From assembly GCA_951406725.2 (NCBI GenBank), contig OX597827.1, positions 40,362,001 through 40,426,000 on the forward strand: 64,000 bases of DNA. Reading direction: 5' to 3'. The stretch comes from Octopus vulgaris (lineage: Eukaryota). Position numbers and translations under genes: made by a program. Under the pieces are notes generated by a model that was not told the DNA's origin, made no database searches, and saw nothing but the letters and a program-made list of their open reading frames with translations. This document shows, in pieces, positions 27,646-55,269 of the stretch (position 1 is the first letter of the stretch; each line of letters opens with the position of its first letter).

Positions 27646-28840
27646 ACACACACATAGATGCTTACACACACATATAATACATTCATAGAGACACACATAC
27701 ACACGTATCGATAGTATTTGCCTGTGTATAGAGTGCACTCGCGCATAAGATGCACTCCTATTTTACGAGCATATTTTGTAATTTTGTGGGGAAAACGAAT
27801 TTAGCATGCACTAATTCAAAGATATTTCTAAGTATTTTTGTGAGGGAAAATGTTTGATTCTGTTCATGTATATGTAGTGCTGTAACAGTATATTCGAACA
27901 ATAAAGTACGAAACCATAAATTTATACAGAAACTAAATATATGAGTACCGTGTTTCAATGTTATCTTCTTTCAGAGCGACTGTAGTTGCTTATAATTTGG
28001 TAAAGAGTTGTATGGCCATAAAGGATGTAAGACTCGTATTTATGTCTGTGATGTCCTGTGTTGCCGCTAATTGCCACCCTCTTGGTCCATCACCGCTGAA
28101 GCTTAAATACTCCTTTCCTCTTTCTAGGATAATCTTCACTTAGATATTTTTTTCAAATGTTTCTTAAAGGTAACACAGTCTTTAAATAATGTTAAACACA
28201 TATTAGGTGGGGTTATGTATGTTGGAAAAGAAGGTTTAATGAGATGATGCGATCTCCCCACATAACTGCCGACACACCGTAAGCGATTTTCCTTAAGTTA
28301 ACAGATTGTGGTAAATCCATTTATCTGTCCTTGTTTGTCCTATCTGTGTTTAGCCCCTTGTGGGTAGTAAAGAAATAGGTATTCTGGTTTATTTTCAGTA
28401 TTTATTTTGTTAGTAACAGTGGACTGATACTTATTCGGCTCCCTAACATGCGACGCACGGTCTCCCATCAGTAAATACGGCTGCAGATAAATTTTTTGAT
28501 CCATATAAAAGTAAAAAGCGCGTCTTATATGTCTGCAAATACGGCGCGCGCCCGCGCACACACACAGACACACACACGCGCACACACACACACACGTGTG
28601 TATGTATATGTATAAATATTTAATCCATAATCGTTAGTCCGACAAAATATGTGTTGTCGGAATAACGATTATGGCTTAAATGTTTATTCATTCTTCTTGA
28701 GCTCTATATTCTAAGTCACCGGACGGAGGTTCTCGGAATTAGACATCTCTTGGAATACATACGTATATACATACATACATACATACATACATACATACAT
28801 ACATACATACATACATACATACATACATACATACATACAT

Positions 28841-29295
28841 TATGGCTGCCCCCTCGTTATCGAGTATGGCCATTGCACGAAGCTTAACCGTTACTGGTGC
28901 TGTGATCGAATGTGACTTTTTAGCCCTGCTAAAGATCTACAATGTCTTGTACAAAATTGGCAACTAAGGCCTTTACTAGTAATAGCCGGCTGTAGTTGTA
29001 ACTGGGCTTCATGTACCTTTGCATGTCGTTTAAGTCCTCCTGCCGAATTACACTCTCTTCCACACGCCCGACAGATATGATTAGTATGGTATGTTACATC
29101 ACCACCAGTGGCCAGGTTGTCACTCATCTGTCTCGCTTTATGACTACGAAGATGACTCTTGAGTTCAGCTTTACTGAGGCAGGGTCTTGCACAGGCATTG
29201 CATGTCAGAATCAAAGGAAGACCCTTCCCTTCTGGAAGTGTAACATCGATGCCCTTCCTGACATCCCTCCTTACTTTCTCATGTGCAACTCGAGA
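28841..29295 (-). mobile_element. 3' end of an RTE-like LINE with three C2H2-type zinc fingers and an (ATGT)n tail
   Basis: CNACARPCLSKAELKSHLRSH, CRACGRECNSAGGLKRHAKVH, CQFCTRHCRSLAGLKSHIRSQH*, then a short UTR running into (ATGT)n; 5' truncated at a microsatellite. Confidence 0.65.
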
Positions 29296-29785
29296 TACAT
29301 ACATACATACATACATACATACATACATACATACACACACACACATACCTACATACATACATACATACATACATACATACATACATACATACATACATAC
29401 ATACATACGTATATACATACATACATACATACACACACACATACATACATACATACATACATACGTACGTACATACATACATACATACACACACACATAC
29501 ATACATACATACATACATACATGCATACAATCATACATACATACATACATACAACACACACATACATACATACATACATACATACATACGTACATACATA
29601 CATACATACATACATGCATACAATCATACATACATACATACACACATACATACATACATACATACATACATACATACATGCATACAATCATACATACATA
29701 CATGCATACACACATACATACATACATACATACATACATACATGCATACAATCATACATGCACATCATATATACACACATATGCA
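29296..29785. repeat. Imperfect (TACA)n array
   Basis: Direct reading; source of several spurious long ORFs. Confidence 0.97.
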
Positions 29786-30259
29786 CAGAGGTGGTTATGT
29801 GGGAAGAAGTTTGCTTCCCAACCTCATTTTTAAACAATAACCAAAGCTCCTTCTCCCAAAGAGGAAGGGTTACAGTTTACAATTATTTAACAAATGCAAC
29901 ACAACAACGTTTCCCTTACGAGGAACCAACACACGTGATAACAATAGTTAAACAGTGAATCAAAAAGTAGTACGCAGTTGAAGCTATAGTCCTTTATGTA
30001 TAATAGTCTATCTGGACTATTCCATTTCTGCACGCTAATTTTATTTTTAATTTATTCCCATTCATGTGAAACCACTTATTCAAGTTCAAGTCATTGATGC
30101 AATTTTATACCAATTGCTATTTTTACTTTTGTTATGCTACGATTATATTATACTTTAGTTTGATTTTAATTATTACTTACTACATATAACTCGATTGTTA
30201 TTATTATCTCTAATTTTTATTGTTAAAGTGAATGTATCTGACATAAAATAGAGAAATGT

Positions 30260-30472
30260 TTTTGTTTCACTTTTAACACGTAATACTGAAATAGTGGAGA
30301 AGATATGATATTGCTATGGGCTCGCCCAAGGCAAGAAGTTGAAAATTTTTTTGCCGATGACACTCCCCCGACCCTAAGTAAGGCATGTGTAAAATTTGAA
30401 TGAAATTGGTTGTATAGTTCTCAAGTTTTAGGGAAACACACAGACAGACAGACAGACAGACACACATTCTCA

Positions 30473-30482
<10 letters not shown>
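30260..30482 (-). mobile_element. Non-autonomous Helitron/Helentron-like 5' fragment
   Basis: tataaaactgagaatgtgtgtctgtctgtc...accaatttcattcaaattttacac, similar in style to 56282 and 63779. Confidence 0.45.
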
Positions 30483-30514
<32 letters not shown>

Positions 30515-30515
<1 letters not shown>

Positions 30516-31198
30516 GAAGGGGTACCCAAATGTAACCGGAAACATTCTCTGTATAACAAACTTGCTGTAGTTCAGGCTTCCGCCGCTGGAAGCCACTTGG
30601 TGCAACCCTCAGGCATCAGTCTGCCGACCGGCGGCGTCTGCTACAGTCATATTGCTACGTGGTGCATCTTTGTTTTGCAGTGCTTCTTTCCTGTTCGTCG
30701 ATTTTGCGGTCGCTGAAACAAAGGAACAGCGTGCTTCCGTGATATTTTCTTTTCTGCTGGGGAATACGGCCGCCGAAACAGTTGTCATTCTTCAAACAGC
30801 TTACAAGGACGCCGCCATAAACAAAACACAAGTTTACGTGTGGTTTCCACCCTTTAGGAATGGGCACTTGTCGCTTGAAGACCAACCTCGTTCAAGACGA
30901 CCGTCGACCTCCCGAACGAATGGAAACATGAAAATTCATGAACTGATCATGGAGGACAGTCATCGAACAATTGACGTACTTGCTGATATGACTGATGTGT
31001 CCTGTAGCTCCTGCAACGGATTTTCAGCAAGGAATTGCGAATGAAAAGAGTTGCAGCAAAATTTGTGCCTCGCTTACTCACGGAAGATCAAAAGCAGTCA
31101 TGACTGAATACTCTGAAGGCAATAAAAGTGTAAATATGTAAAACTAAATGAATAAAATAATATTGCTAAATTCCGATTTCTTTTGGGTACACCCCTTG
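30515..31198 (+). mobile_element. Internally deleted mariner element
   Basis: TIRs cgaaggggtacccaaatgtaaccggaa / ttccgatttcttttgggtacaccccttg. Encodes the HTH region EQRASVIFSFLLGNTAAET...EDQPRSRRPSTS and AAKFVPRLLTEDQK; no catalytic domain. Confidence 0.88.
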
Positions 31199-31220
31199 TG
31201 TGTGTGTGTGTGCGTGCGTA

Positions 31221-31289
<69 letters not shown>

Positions 31290-31439
31290 AAAGTAAAAAA
31301 ATATACAAACTTGGACAAGAACGTGAAACATTTAGAAGACTACACAAAAAACACGGACGGGACATTCGAAGCCCTCAATCATCAGTCAAGAACCGGATCA
31401 TCTTCGCAATTTCGGCTGATTAATCTTGAGTATGCTCGT

Positions 31440-31660
31440 GTGTGTGTATGTAAAATGTGACCGCGTGTGTACCGTTGGCGATTTTTTTCCTCCATCTTCC
31501 CTTCTTTGGATCTTTCCTTTCCCTATGTTTCTGACGAAGAGCTCCGCTCGAAACGTTAAACTCTCCTTCTTTCCTTCCTTACTGGGCGTCCAATAATACT
31601 ATATTTGTTCCACGTCTTCGCGTTGTTGTGTTTTCTCTTTGTGTTTTCATGTTTGGATTA

Positions 31661-31665
<5 letters not shown>
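31440..31665 (+). mobile_element. Non-autonomous repeat carrying a minimal hammerhead motif (Penelope-terminus-like)
   Basis: Related copy in opposite orientation at about 41895-42070; motif at 31527-31561. Confidence 0.55.
31527..31561 (+). ncRNA. Minimal hammerhead ribozyme motif
   Basis: gttt-CTGACGA-a-gagc(tcc)gctc-GAAA-cg-TT-aaac: stem I gttt/aaac, stem II gagc/gctc, palindromic stem III acgt. Confidence 0.65.
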
Positions 31666-31696
<31 letters not shown>

Positions 31697-31699
<3 letters not shown>

Positions 31700-32490
31700 T
31701 ACGTGAAGTCATTTACATATCTTGGTGGTAAAGTGAATTTGAGCGCTTCCCTTGATGAAATAGTCAACCGTCTTGCAAAGACAACAAACGCATTTGGCAA
31801 ACTCCGTCATCGCTTATGGAATGAAAGGGGCATCAAACTTGACACCAAAGCGCAAGTCTATAAAGCAGCCATTCTTACTACTCTCTCGTATGGCTCAGAA
31901 TCATGGATGCGCTATAGACGACATATTAACCAACTAGACATCTTCCACAAAGACTGTCTGAGGACAATCTGCGGTTATTCACTAAAAGACAAAGTTTCTA
32001 ATGCCGACTTGTTTAGCAAGTGTAAGAGTGGTGGAATCGAGAGCTTCCTTATACAATCACAATTGCGCTGGACTGGCCATGTCGTCAGAATGAGTGGGGA
32101 AAGAGTACCCAAAGTCCTCATGTACAGCCAGCTTGAGAGTGGGCACTGGAATGTTGGTCGACCATGGCTCAGATATAAGGACAAGCTGAAGAGTAACCTC
32201 TTAGACATGAAGATAGCTCACAACATTTTTGAGCGAACAGCCTTGGAACGAACAAAATGGAGATCGTTGTGTCAAAATGGTATTAAAAACTTTGTTGCAA
32301 TCAGTATTAACGGGCTTCGGGGTGCAAGGCAAAGGAGAAAAGCGGCTGCAAATATACCACCTGCACTGACCTGTAATTCTCATACTTGCAACGTCTGTGG
32401 CGTTTTTTGCAAATCATTCGAGTGACAAAAAAAAAAAAAAAGTACGTTGTCAGAGCCTCATATGTCGAAACCAGCGGTAGGATCCATCAT
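31697..32490 (+). mobile_element. 5'-truncated RTE (BovB-like) LINE, ORF C-terminal region
   Basis: FTYLG, RLAKTTNAFGKL, TKAQVYKAAILTTLSYGSESW, QLRWTGHVVRM..ERVPK, GRPWLRYKD, terminal CNVCG; open for about 240 codons. Confidence 0.9.
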
Positions 32491-32505
32491 ATATATTTGT
32501 ATATC

Positions 32506-33299
32506 TGAGGTCTGATCAATAGGTATCCGGACAATTGCCATTGTAACGAAGTTACAGCACACAGAGTAAAGCCGCTAAGAAACGATTGACCTTGAACTCT
32601 GCTGTGCATGCGCACTAAGTTTTAGCGTTCTAGCTCACTTCCGCTGTTTACTGCAGTGCTTGGGAGGAAGGTGTGTAGCATGTGATCGTCACATTGACCA
32701 TGACAAAGAAAGTTGTCATGGCGATACCTGCTCAGAGGCCAAGGCAAAGTTCTGACAAACGTTCTGGGAGACATGCAACCAGCAGAATTGGGAAAAAACA
32801 TCACAGATGTGCGTGCAACTGCGAGGGGAAATCGTCGAATCACCATCTGTGAGTTATCAGAGGATGTGCAGATTAATTACGCTTCAGTTCAGTCCATTTT
32901 CAATGAAGATTTGGATATGAGACGCGTGTCTGCCAAATTTGTGCCAAAACTGCTTCCAGCTGACCAAAAAGACACTCGAGTTTCAGTTGCACAGAATATC
33001 CTTGATTGTATCAAGATCGATGAAAACTTTGCGTAGGCCTCTGAGCAGGTATCGCCAAACTTTTGGCAAAATTTGATGCAGATTCTCTTCCCAAATTTCT
33101 CTGTTATGGTTAATTCGACTATCACGTACTACACACGTTCCTTCAAGCACTGTTGTAAACAGTGGAAGTGAGCGAGAACGTCAAAACTTATTGCGCCTGC
33201 ACTGCAGAGTTGAGAGTCAATCTGTGCCAGCGGCTTCACTCTGCGCGCTTTAACCTCATTACTATGGCAACAATCCAGATAGTTATTGATCAGACCACG
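32506..33299. mobile_element. Mariner derivative with about 210-bp inverted arms (two 5' ends)
   Basis: Arms 32506-32715 and 33090-33299. Plus fragment NRRITICELSE...MRRVSAKFVPKLL; minus fragment RICIKFCQKFGDTCSEAYAK. Confidence 0.85.
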
Positions 33300-33336
33300 T
33301 ATATAAATATACATATTATATATATTTATGTATGTG

Positions 33337-33383
<47 letters not shown>

Positions 33384-33608
33384 CAAACACACAAGCACAC
33401 ATACACACACAAACACAAAAACACACACACAAAAATACACACACATACATGCAACGAAGATATATATATGTTGATATAGGGCCTTAGGATTTCCACAGGG
33501 CAGGGCATACACACTTATTTAAGCTTGAAAATTCTATTAATTTCATTTTAACCAACACTGACGATTATTTGTTTACTGAAACTGTTTTTTTTTTTAAATT
33601 TTCATATA

Positions 33609-33656
33609 TTTATTTACAACGGAAATACACAGATAAACATGCTCCGGATTTTTATT
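33609..33656 (-). terminator. Candidate polyadenylation signals, gene B
   Basis: AATAAA (minus) at 33651-33656 and 33609-33614; the distal site aligns with gene C 57992-58001. Confidence 0.5.
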
Positions 33657-33689
33657 AGTTCACAAGATTAGAGCATCTAGACGTTTGTT

Positions 33690-48550
<14,861 letters not shown>

Positions 48551-48609
48551 TTCTGGTGTGTTCTTGCCGTTCTGTCTTCTACCTTTCTAAAATATGACTT
48601 TCAATCGAA

Positions 48610-48626
48610 TTTATATGCGATTTATA
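48610..48626 (-). promoter_or_regulatory. Putative tandem TATA boxes of gene B
   Basis: gcaTATAAAtcgcaTATAAAt, 60-76 bp upstream of the ATG. Confidence 0.55.
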
Positions 48627-48674
48627 TGCAGGTGTGACATTGTGTGGGAGTTCGCGTTTGTGTATGTGTGTGTA

Positions 48675-48717
<43 letters not shown>

Positions 48718-49108
48718 ATGTGTGTATCTACGCATATGTGTCGGTAGAGGTAGATATATCTGTGAGTGGGTGTGCATGGTGTTAGCATGACGAATGTATC
48801 ACTAGCGATAAGATATGTGATTAGAAACATAAGAGCCGAAACATCGGTATACACTATTGTGTTCCCACCGCTTCCTCTCCTTCTCCCCATCACCTCGACC
48901 CCTACTCCGCCTCTCTTGCTTTTCTTCCATGTGACTTCCTACACATACCATCATCACCTACTAATCAAACCTCCCCTTCAACGTCCGACCTCTAACCAAA
49001 TCCCATTGCCGCCGCTCCATCGGGTACATAAGCAAATAAGAAACCTTATACCCAGCTGTTGATATGGTGTTTCTGTGCTTTTCTGGTAGTATTGCACGCG
49101 TATGTGTG

Positions 49109-49192
<84 letters not shown>

Positions 49193-49545
49193 TGTGTGGT
49201 TGTGTTTATGTGTGTATTTTGATGTATATATGTATATTATAGATGGTCTATTATGGGTATAACTGTTGTAAAATATTTATGTAATGCAGCGTGAAAATTA
49301 TAATTTTAATTTTTATGTATTGACTTATATTTCGTATATAATTATTTATAATATGTATTTTGGATCTGCTCTTCGATTTAGGGTTTTCTTTGATTTTACA
49401 ATAGAATGAATTTAAATTGAATTCATTTATTTTGTTCATTGTATGCTTAAGACCGTTAATTGAAAGGAGCAATGAAACAAATCCATTTTAAAGGTGTATC
49501 CTTTAACTAGTTTTGATTATATCGTTATTTCTATTCCATTTTAAC

Positions 49546-49591
49546 AAAGCTGCCCGACGAACGGGAACGTGAAACTCTGAGTAACAGCTTT
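49546..49591 (+). ncRNA. Hammerhead-like motif (variant core)
   Basis: aaagctgc-CCGACGA-acg(ggaa)cgt-GAAA-ctc(t)gag-TA-acagcttt. Confidence 0.5.
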
Positions 49592-49700
49592 TGTTATATT
49601 TCTGCTGCTTTTAAATAAAACATACTACACTACCGCTGGTATTTGAGTACTCTTTTTTCCACCTTGTTTCACATTTATGTGCTTACTTCCGTGTATATAT

Positions 49701-50687
49701 TGATATGAAGGTCAAAATGGAAAAAGTGCTATGACTCAGTTTCGTGGTTTGGTGCCGGACAGACTGGGGAAACAAGTTATTTGGCTTTGTCCTGTCATCT
49801 GTAGGGAAAATTAATGAGTTAGGAAGTGACATTTTGGTCCCTACGGTCAGGGAAAGTTTAACAAAGAAATAAAAATGCTACCCTTTATAAATGCGACTGG
49901 CATTGGGGTTAGCGGTCAGTTTGGGCAGAGACAGTGAATGTGAGAGATGTCAGGCGAGAGGCAACGACAAGGATGACAAGCGTGGCGAGAAAGACAGACA
50001 CAGGGGATTGAGGACTTGTCAATAGAGAGGAAGTGAGGGAGATTACAGCGAGAAGGCTATTTGTAGTGGGACCTGAGGTTGTTGCAAACTCGGAACGTGC
50101 GGTAATGTTTATATTTTTGTTGTTGAATTTTGGATATTGATGTGAAATGTAAAAGAAAAGAGAAAAGAACTTGTGAACTGTGTTAAAAAAGGGAAAAGAA
50201 CATTGTGTCAAAAGAACTGTAAAAAGAGAAGGAAAAAGAAGGAAAAAGAACATTGTGACATAAACTGTAATTCATTGAAGTGTAAAAAGAATTGAAGTGA
50301 AAAGAAAGACTTTAATTTGAACTGTTTCGAACTCTGTATTGCGTTGAACATTAATGTGGATTGTTTTCGGACGTTCTGTATTGTGCATGCATTGATTGTT
50401 GTTTTTCTTTTTAACTCTGTATTTTCTTTAATGTATCTGCAATGTATTACGTTTTGATTAATGTTGTAACAATTGTATAAACTGTTGTTAAATGCAAGCA
50501 ACTGCCTTCCGTTGTGTCTCTCTCTTCCTGTTGTTGTTGTTGTTGTTGTTGTCTCCGGTCACCCGTCTGCGTTCGCTGCCACCCTCCACCGCATTCTGTG
50601 GCGGATTTCCGTTTGACTGAGCGTGGTCGTCGTCGTCGCTCGACTTAGGGTCCCAAGTTAGAGTTGAGCGACGGCAGGTTCGTAACA
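49701..50687 (+). mobile_element. Probable solo LTR
   Basis: TGATATGAA...TTCGTAACA termini, 987 bp, ATAT flanks, internal TATAAA near 49885. Confidence 0.6.
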
Positions 50688-51194
50688 ATATATATTTTCC
50701 CTTATTTACTTTTCTTTCTCTCATCCCACTTTTTCAAAAACAACAAAAATATTTTTCTCTTCTAAACAAAGCGGAAAACATCCGATTCACATAAAAAAGC
50801 AAGAAAACGTTGTTTTTATCGTTTTGATTTTAATTTTGTCTTGGCGAGTTCAATAAACGAACGAAAGAGCTAATATCCAAAATTCTGACTGCCTCCTTTT
50901 TCTCAATATATATATAAATCCGCCACAGAATGCGGTGGGGGGTGGTGGCAGCGAACGCAATGTTTTCTCTTCATCCATCATCATTACTAAATAAAATGGT
51001 AAGAAGGCCATGAAGAAGCTTTCTCGACACGCACCAAAACCATGAAACATGCATTGATGTCACCTTACATGGTATGTGAATATTGTTAGACAGCAAAATA
51101 GCATTCATTGGAGCATTCATTTCCATTACTTCATCCCGGTCGTATTAGCTGGACTCAGCGTCTGTGTAAACTAACCATATAGTGTTCACAGTTT

Positions 51195-52480
51195 GTTTCA
51201 TTTGAAGGGGTGTTCATGCATGTTGTCTCTGTTTCTATTTCCAATCTTTTTGACAAAATGTAGTTCTGCTTCTCTTTCAAACATCAAAGTTTTTGATGAA
51301 GTGTAGCGCCGTTGCTTTTCAGAACATTTGTAAAAAGGGGAGATTTTGAACTTTCCTTCACTGCATGTTTCTAGATGTTTGTTCAGTGGAATCTTGCGCA
51401 ATTCCTCTTGTCAGATGTGTTGTCTGTGGATTCTTGCACGTTGGCAGAGGGAATTGTTTGTTTCGCTAATGTAATTTTCATTTCAGTTGGGGCAAGTAAT
51501 AGAGTATATAAGATTCTGTGTCTTGCAGTTCACAACTGCATTTACTTTGAACGAGAATCTGCTCTTGAATTTTATGTGGGGACCACTTTCTAAATATTTG
51601 AAGTTGTTGTAGCATATTCCACATCTGCTGTCTCCACATTCTTCTGGTGGGGAATTCTGATTCAGTCTCCTGTGAGGTGATTTTTGAGAAAATTTGGCTC
51701 GCGCCTACTTTTTTCTTAGAGGTTTTTATCAATCAGATTTTTCATTTTGGGGCTTTATAGAAGTACAGGTAAGTTTACTTTTATAGTGTGAAAGATGTTT
51801 GCTACCCCAGGATTATGCGTATTGATAAATGCCATCGTGTGTTCATTAATTTTCTCCTTTGGTATCCTTAGCTGTGTGATATTCAGCTTCATCGCCTTTT
51901 TAATTCCATCGTTTATTAATGCTAAGGGGTATTTCTGTTTTGTTAGTAAGCTTTTGAACTCATTGAACCGGATTTGACGTATTCTGGGGCCAATAAATCT
52001 AGTACAGATACGTCTTGCCATGCTGTATGAGATGTTTCTTTTGATGTGCGAAGGATAGCAAGAATAGAAATTCAAATATTGGTGTGTGTCTGTTTTTTTT
52101 AATATGCCTGTTGTGATTGTGGAGTTGTGTATTTTTATGTGAATATCCAGGAACTGGTTTCTGTCGGATGAGTGAAGTATGTTGGATGAATAAAGTATGT
52201 TGAGTATATTATTAAATATATGTAGTCCCTCATTTGATTTGTCTCAAAAGATGAAGCAATAATCGAGGAAACGTTTCCACTTTTTAATGAAGTATTTCTT
52301 GCAATCATGATTAAAAGCTCTCTCTACCTTCTCGTAAATCTTTTCTTCCAAGTATTTTATGACTAGGTTAGCATATGAGGGTGCAAACCCCGTACCCATA
52401 GCCGTGTCCGTTTTTTGTCGATATGTTTTATTATCGAATCTAAAGGTGTTTTCTTCTAGTACCAGGCATGCGGCCTTGGT
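51195..52480 (-). mobile_element. Penelope-like element, RT C-terminal half and GIY-YIG region (decayed)
   Basis: YRQKTDTAMGTGFAPSYANL, WKRFLDYCF (YxDD equivalent), FLDI, TDTHQYLNFYSCYPSHIKRNISYSMARRIC, and a downstream Cys-rich/GIY-YIG-like region with LNKHL. Confidence 0.85.
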
Positions 52481-52822
52481 AATGATATATAAATATATAT
52501 GTGCTTGTACATACGTGTTTATCTTCTGAATATATTTAGTTATATATATCTCTATATATCTCTCTCTACGTATATATGTGTATATCTACCTGTGTATATG
52601 TTTATGTGTATATTTATATATATTATCTATATATTATCTGCATCACTTTCACCATATCAGCTCACCTGGTTATCTCTTATATTCAACCATTACCTCGTGG
52701 ACCTAGTTCTCGATAAAGATTTCGGAGTTTAAGTTCAACTCATTTTAGTACCACTATGTGTTCCTATATCTAGCATCTCTAGCTCTCACTTTTTGGCTGT
52801 ATATACCTGAAGTAATGATATA

Positions 52823-53845
52823 CGTAGTGCATTTCAAAAGGTATGAGACTTTTTTAGAAGAGGAGGTTATACTTCTCCTAGAATATTGTGATCTGAGTAT
52901 ACCATTACTATACATCTAATAAGCTGTCGTGCCAACTTTTGTTATTCCAGACTGAAGGAGACAGCTATAACAGCACTCTGAACACACTCTACAAAGCTCT
53001 GTTTGACACAGCTGAGTAGTTTACTGAATGAAGTCGGGACGTGAAGGCAATTTGGAAGTTCTTTATGCAATAAAGTTTTGTGTTAAACTGAGCAAAAATA
53101 CCAAAGAAACTCATAAAATGCTCCAGACAGACTGATTATGAATTAACTGGTATGAGCCAAGCATCTGTTTTTCGCTGGCGCAATAGGTTCAAAGATGGTA
53201 GAGAGGACATGAGAGGGAGAAGGACGTCAGAAGTTTAGAACTGGTTGAGAAAATTCGCAATTTTCTGGATGAAGACCGCTGTGTGTCAATAAAGGCAATA
53301 AGCATATAGCTTGGTGTGACAGCTGTACAGAGAAATATTCATGAAGATCTAAACACACACAAGATTTGTGCAAAGCTTGTTCCCAGGGTGCTCTATGACA
53401 TACAGAAGGAAAGACGCATTGGTGACAACAAGGAGATGGTTAAGCTTATTACCGCTAATCCAAGAGTACTTAAGTGTCTGGTGACATGGTCAAAAGCTGA
53501 ATTTATTGTTATGATCCAGAGACCAAGGGACAGAGTGCCCAATGGAAGCACCCTGGCTCCCGTAGACCCAAGAAAGCCAGGAAAATCAAATCCACTAGGA
53601 AGCCCATGATGAAAGGGCATCATCTATTTCCACTGGGTTCCCTCTGGCCAGAAAGTTAACCATGAGAACTTTGTGAAGGTTTTGAGGGAGGTCAGGAAGA
53701 GATCACAGCGCAAAAGTCCAAAGCTCTTCCACTCAGGTCTGTGGTATTTTTGCCAGGATAATGCACCAGACCACAATTCCATCCTGGTAATCAGCTAATG
53801 GACAGAAATGAATATGAAAATTGTCCCTCACCCCTCTACAGTCCA
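52823..53845 (+). mobile_element. Near full-length decayed mariner transposase, 3' end cut by SINEs
   Basis: AIKFCVKLSKNTKETHKML, KICAKLVPRVL, IYCYDPETKGQSAQWKHPGS, QDNAPDH, VPHPLYSP. Confidence 0.88.
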
Positions 53846-54099
53846 GTCCCGGTTTCTGTGACGTATGTGTTACCCCCAGCTGGACAGGACGCCAGTCCAT
53901 CGCAGCGTTACTCAAGAAAGAGTGAGAGAAAGTTGGGGCGATGGAGTACAACAGGATTCGCCACTACCCCCTGCCGGAGCCTCGTGGTGCTTTAGGTGTT
54001 TTCGCTCAATAAACACACACAACCCCCAGTCTGGGAATCGAAACCGCGATCCTCCGACCGCGAGTCCGCTGCCTTAACCACTGGGCCATTGCACCCTTT

Positions 54100-54338
54100 T
54101 AAAGCCTAGCCAGGCTCATGGGCCCGGTTTCCCGGTTTCAATGGCGTATGTGTTCCCCAGCTGGACGGGATGCCAGTCCATCGCAGCGTTACACATTTTT
54201 GGCAGTTGAGTGGACTTGAGCAACAAGAAATGAAGTGTTTTGATCAAGAACACACCGCGTCACCCGGTCCAGGAATCGAAACCACAATCTTACGATCATG
54301 GTGCTGACACCCTAACCACTAAGCCACGCGCTTCCACA
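54100..54338 (-). mobile_element. tRNA-derived SINE (a further family)
   Basis: Head gcgcgtggcttagtggttagggtg...ggtttcgattcctgg. Confidence 0.7.
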
Positions 54339-55216
54339 ATTAAAATAATAATATGAAGTAATATACATACAAAAATATATGCGCAAAATATCCCAAAGTA
54401 GGAAAACCTATCTCTTTATTTGACCAATTTTAAGGGAATTTTTTTACTTAACATTTCATTCAATATGTATCTTTATCCTGATGGACTGACGATTTGTCTT
54501 GAAAATTCGATAAATCTTTCTATAACCATGTCAGTTTGAATATAGCTTATATTCTTATTTGAATGACACTTACTTTCCGAATTATGCAGATGCATAAAAA
54601 CCTTCCCTAAAGATTTTAGGATGAAGACATTCTATGACGAATTGTTATTTCTGTTTAGACCAGAATTCTAGGACATAATGTTATTATCTATATTTTTAAA
54701 AAATTGCTATAGTCAAATTTACTTTTACGCTCTGATTTTTGTTTGTTTAGATTTGTCTCAGTTTCCATGTTTTTCTAACAGACTGGCAAAAGTGTGACCA
54801 TTGTGTCAGGCGCACATTCTTATTGTTTATCCTACGTAGAGCCTCTCCTGCCTTCTTTGGCTCGTCTGGTGTTTGTTACAAGAGTATGTTGTGTTTAAAA
54901 TAAGATTTTAACATAAAATATTTTGATAAGACATATGTGCCACCAACTAATGTTTCTTTTCGATCTGGTTTTGATGTGTTTTCTCTAAAACCTATTGTGA
55001 TGAGTCAAACGCTTTGCAATATTTTGGAAAGTTATTTGCTTTACTCGTCACGTTACAATAAAACCAGCCTAGCATTAAATGCAGAGACCATCGAGTTCCA
55101 CCGTTTGAAGTTGCCTTTCTGCCAGTTCTTTGATCCCACGCTGATACTACGACGAGCGAGGTTCCTTCAACGGGTGTGCGAAACTTTAAGGTGTATGTTG
55201 AAATGTTTTTAAAGAA

Positions 55217-55269
<53 letters not shown>

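Noticed and set aside
29011-29958. Longest ORFs (315, 286 and 224 aa) and many [12 protein letters not shown]/poly-I/N/L ORFs across the window
   Set aside because: They are translations of (TACA)n, (TA)n, (CA)n and (AAT)n microsatellites that lack stops in some frames. Only the zinc-finger part (28891-29295) is coding-derived.
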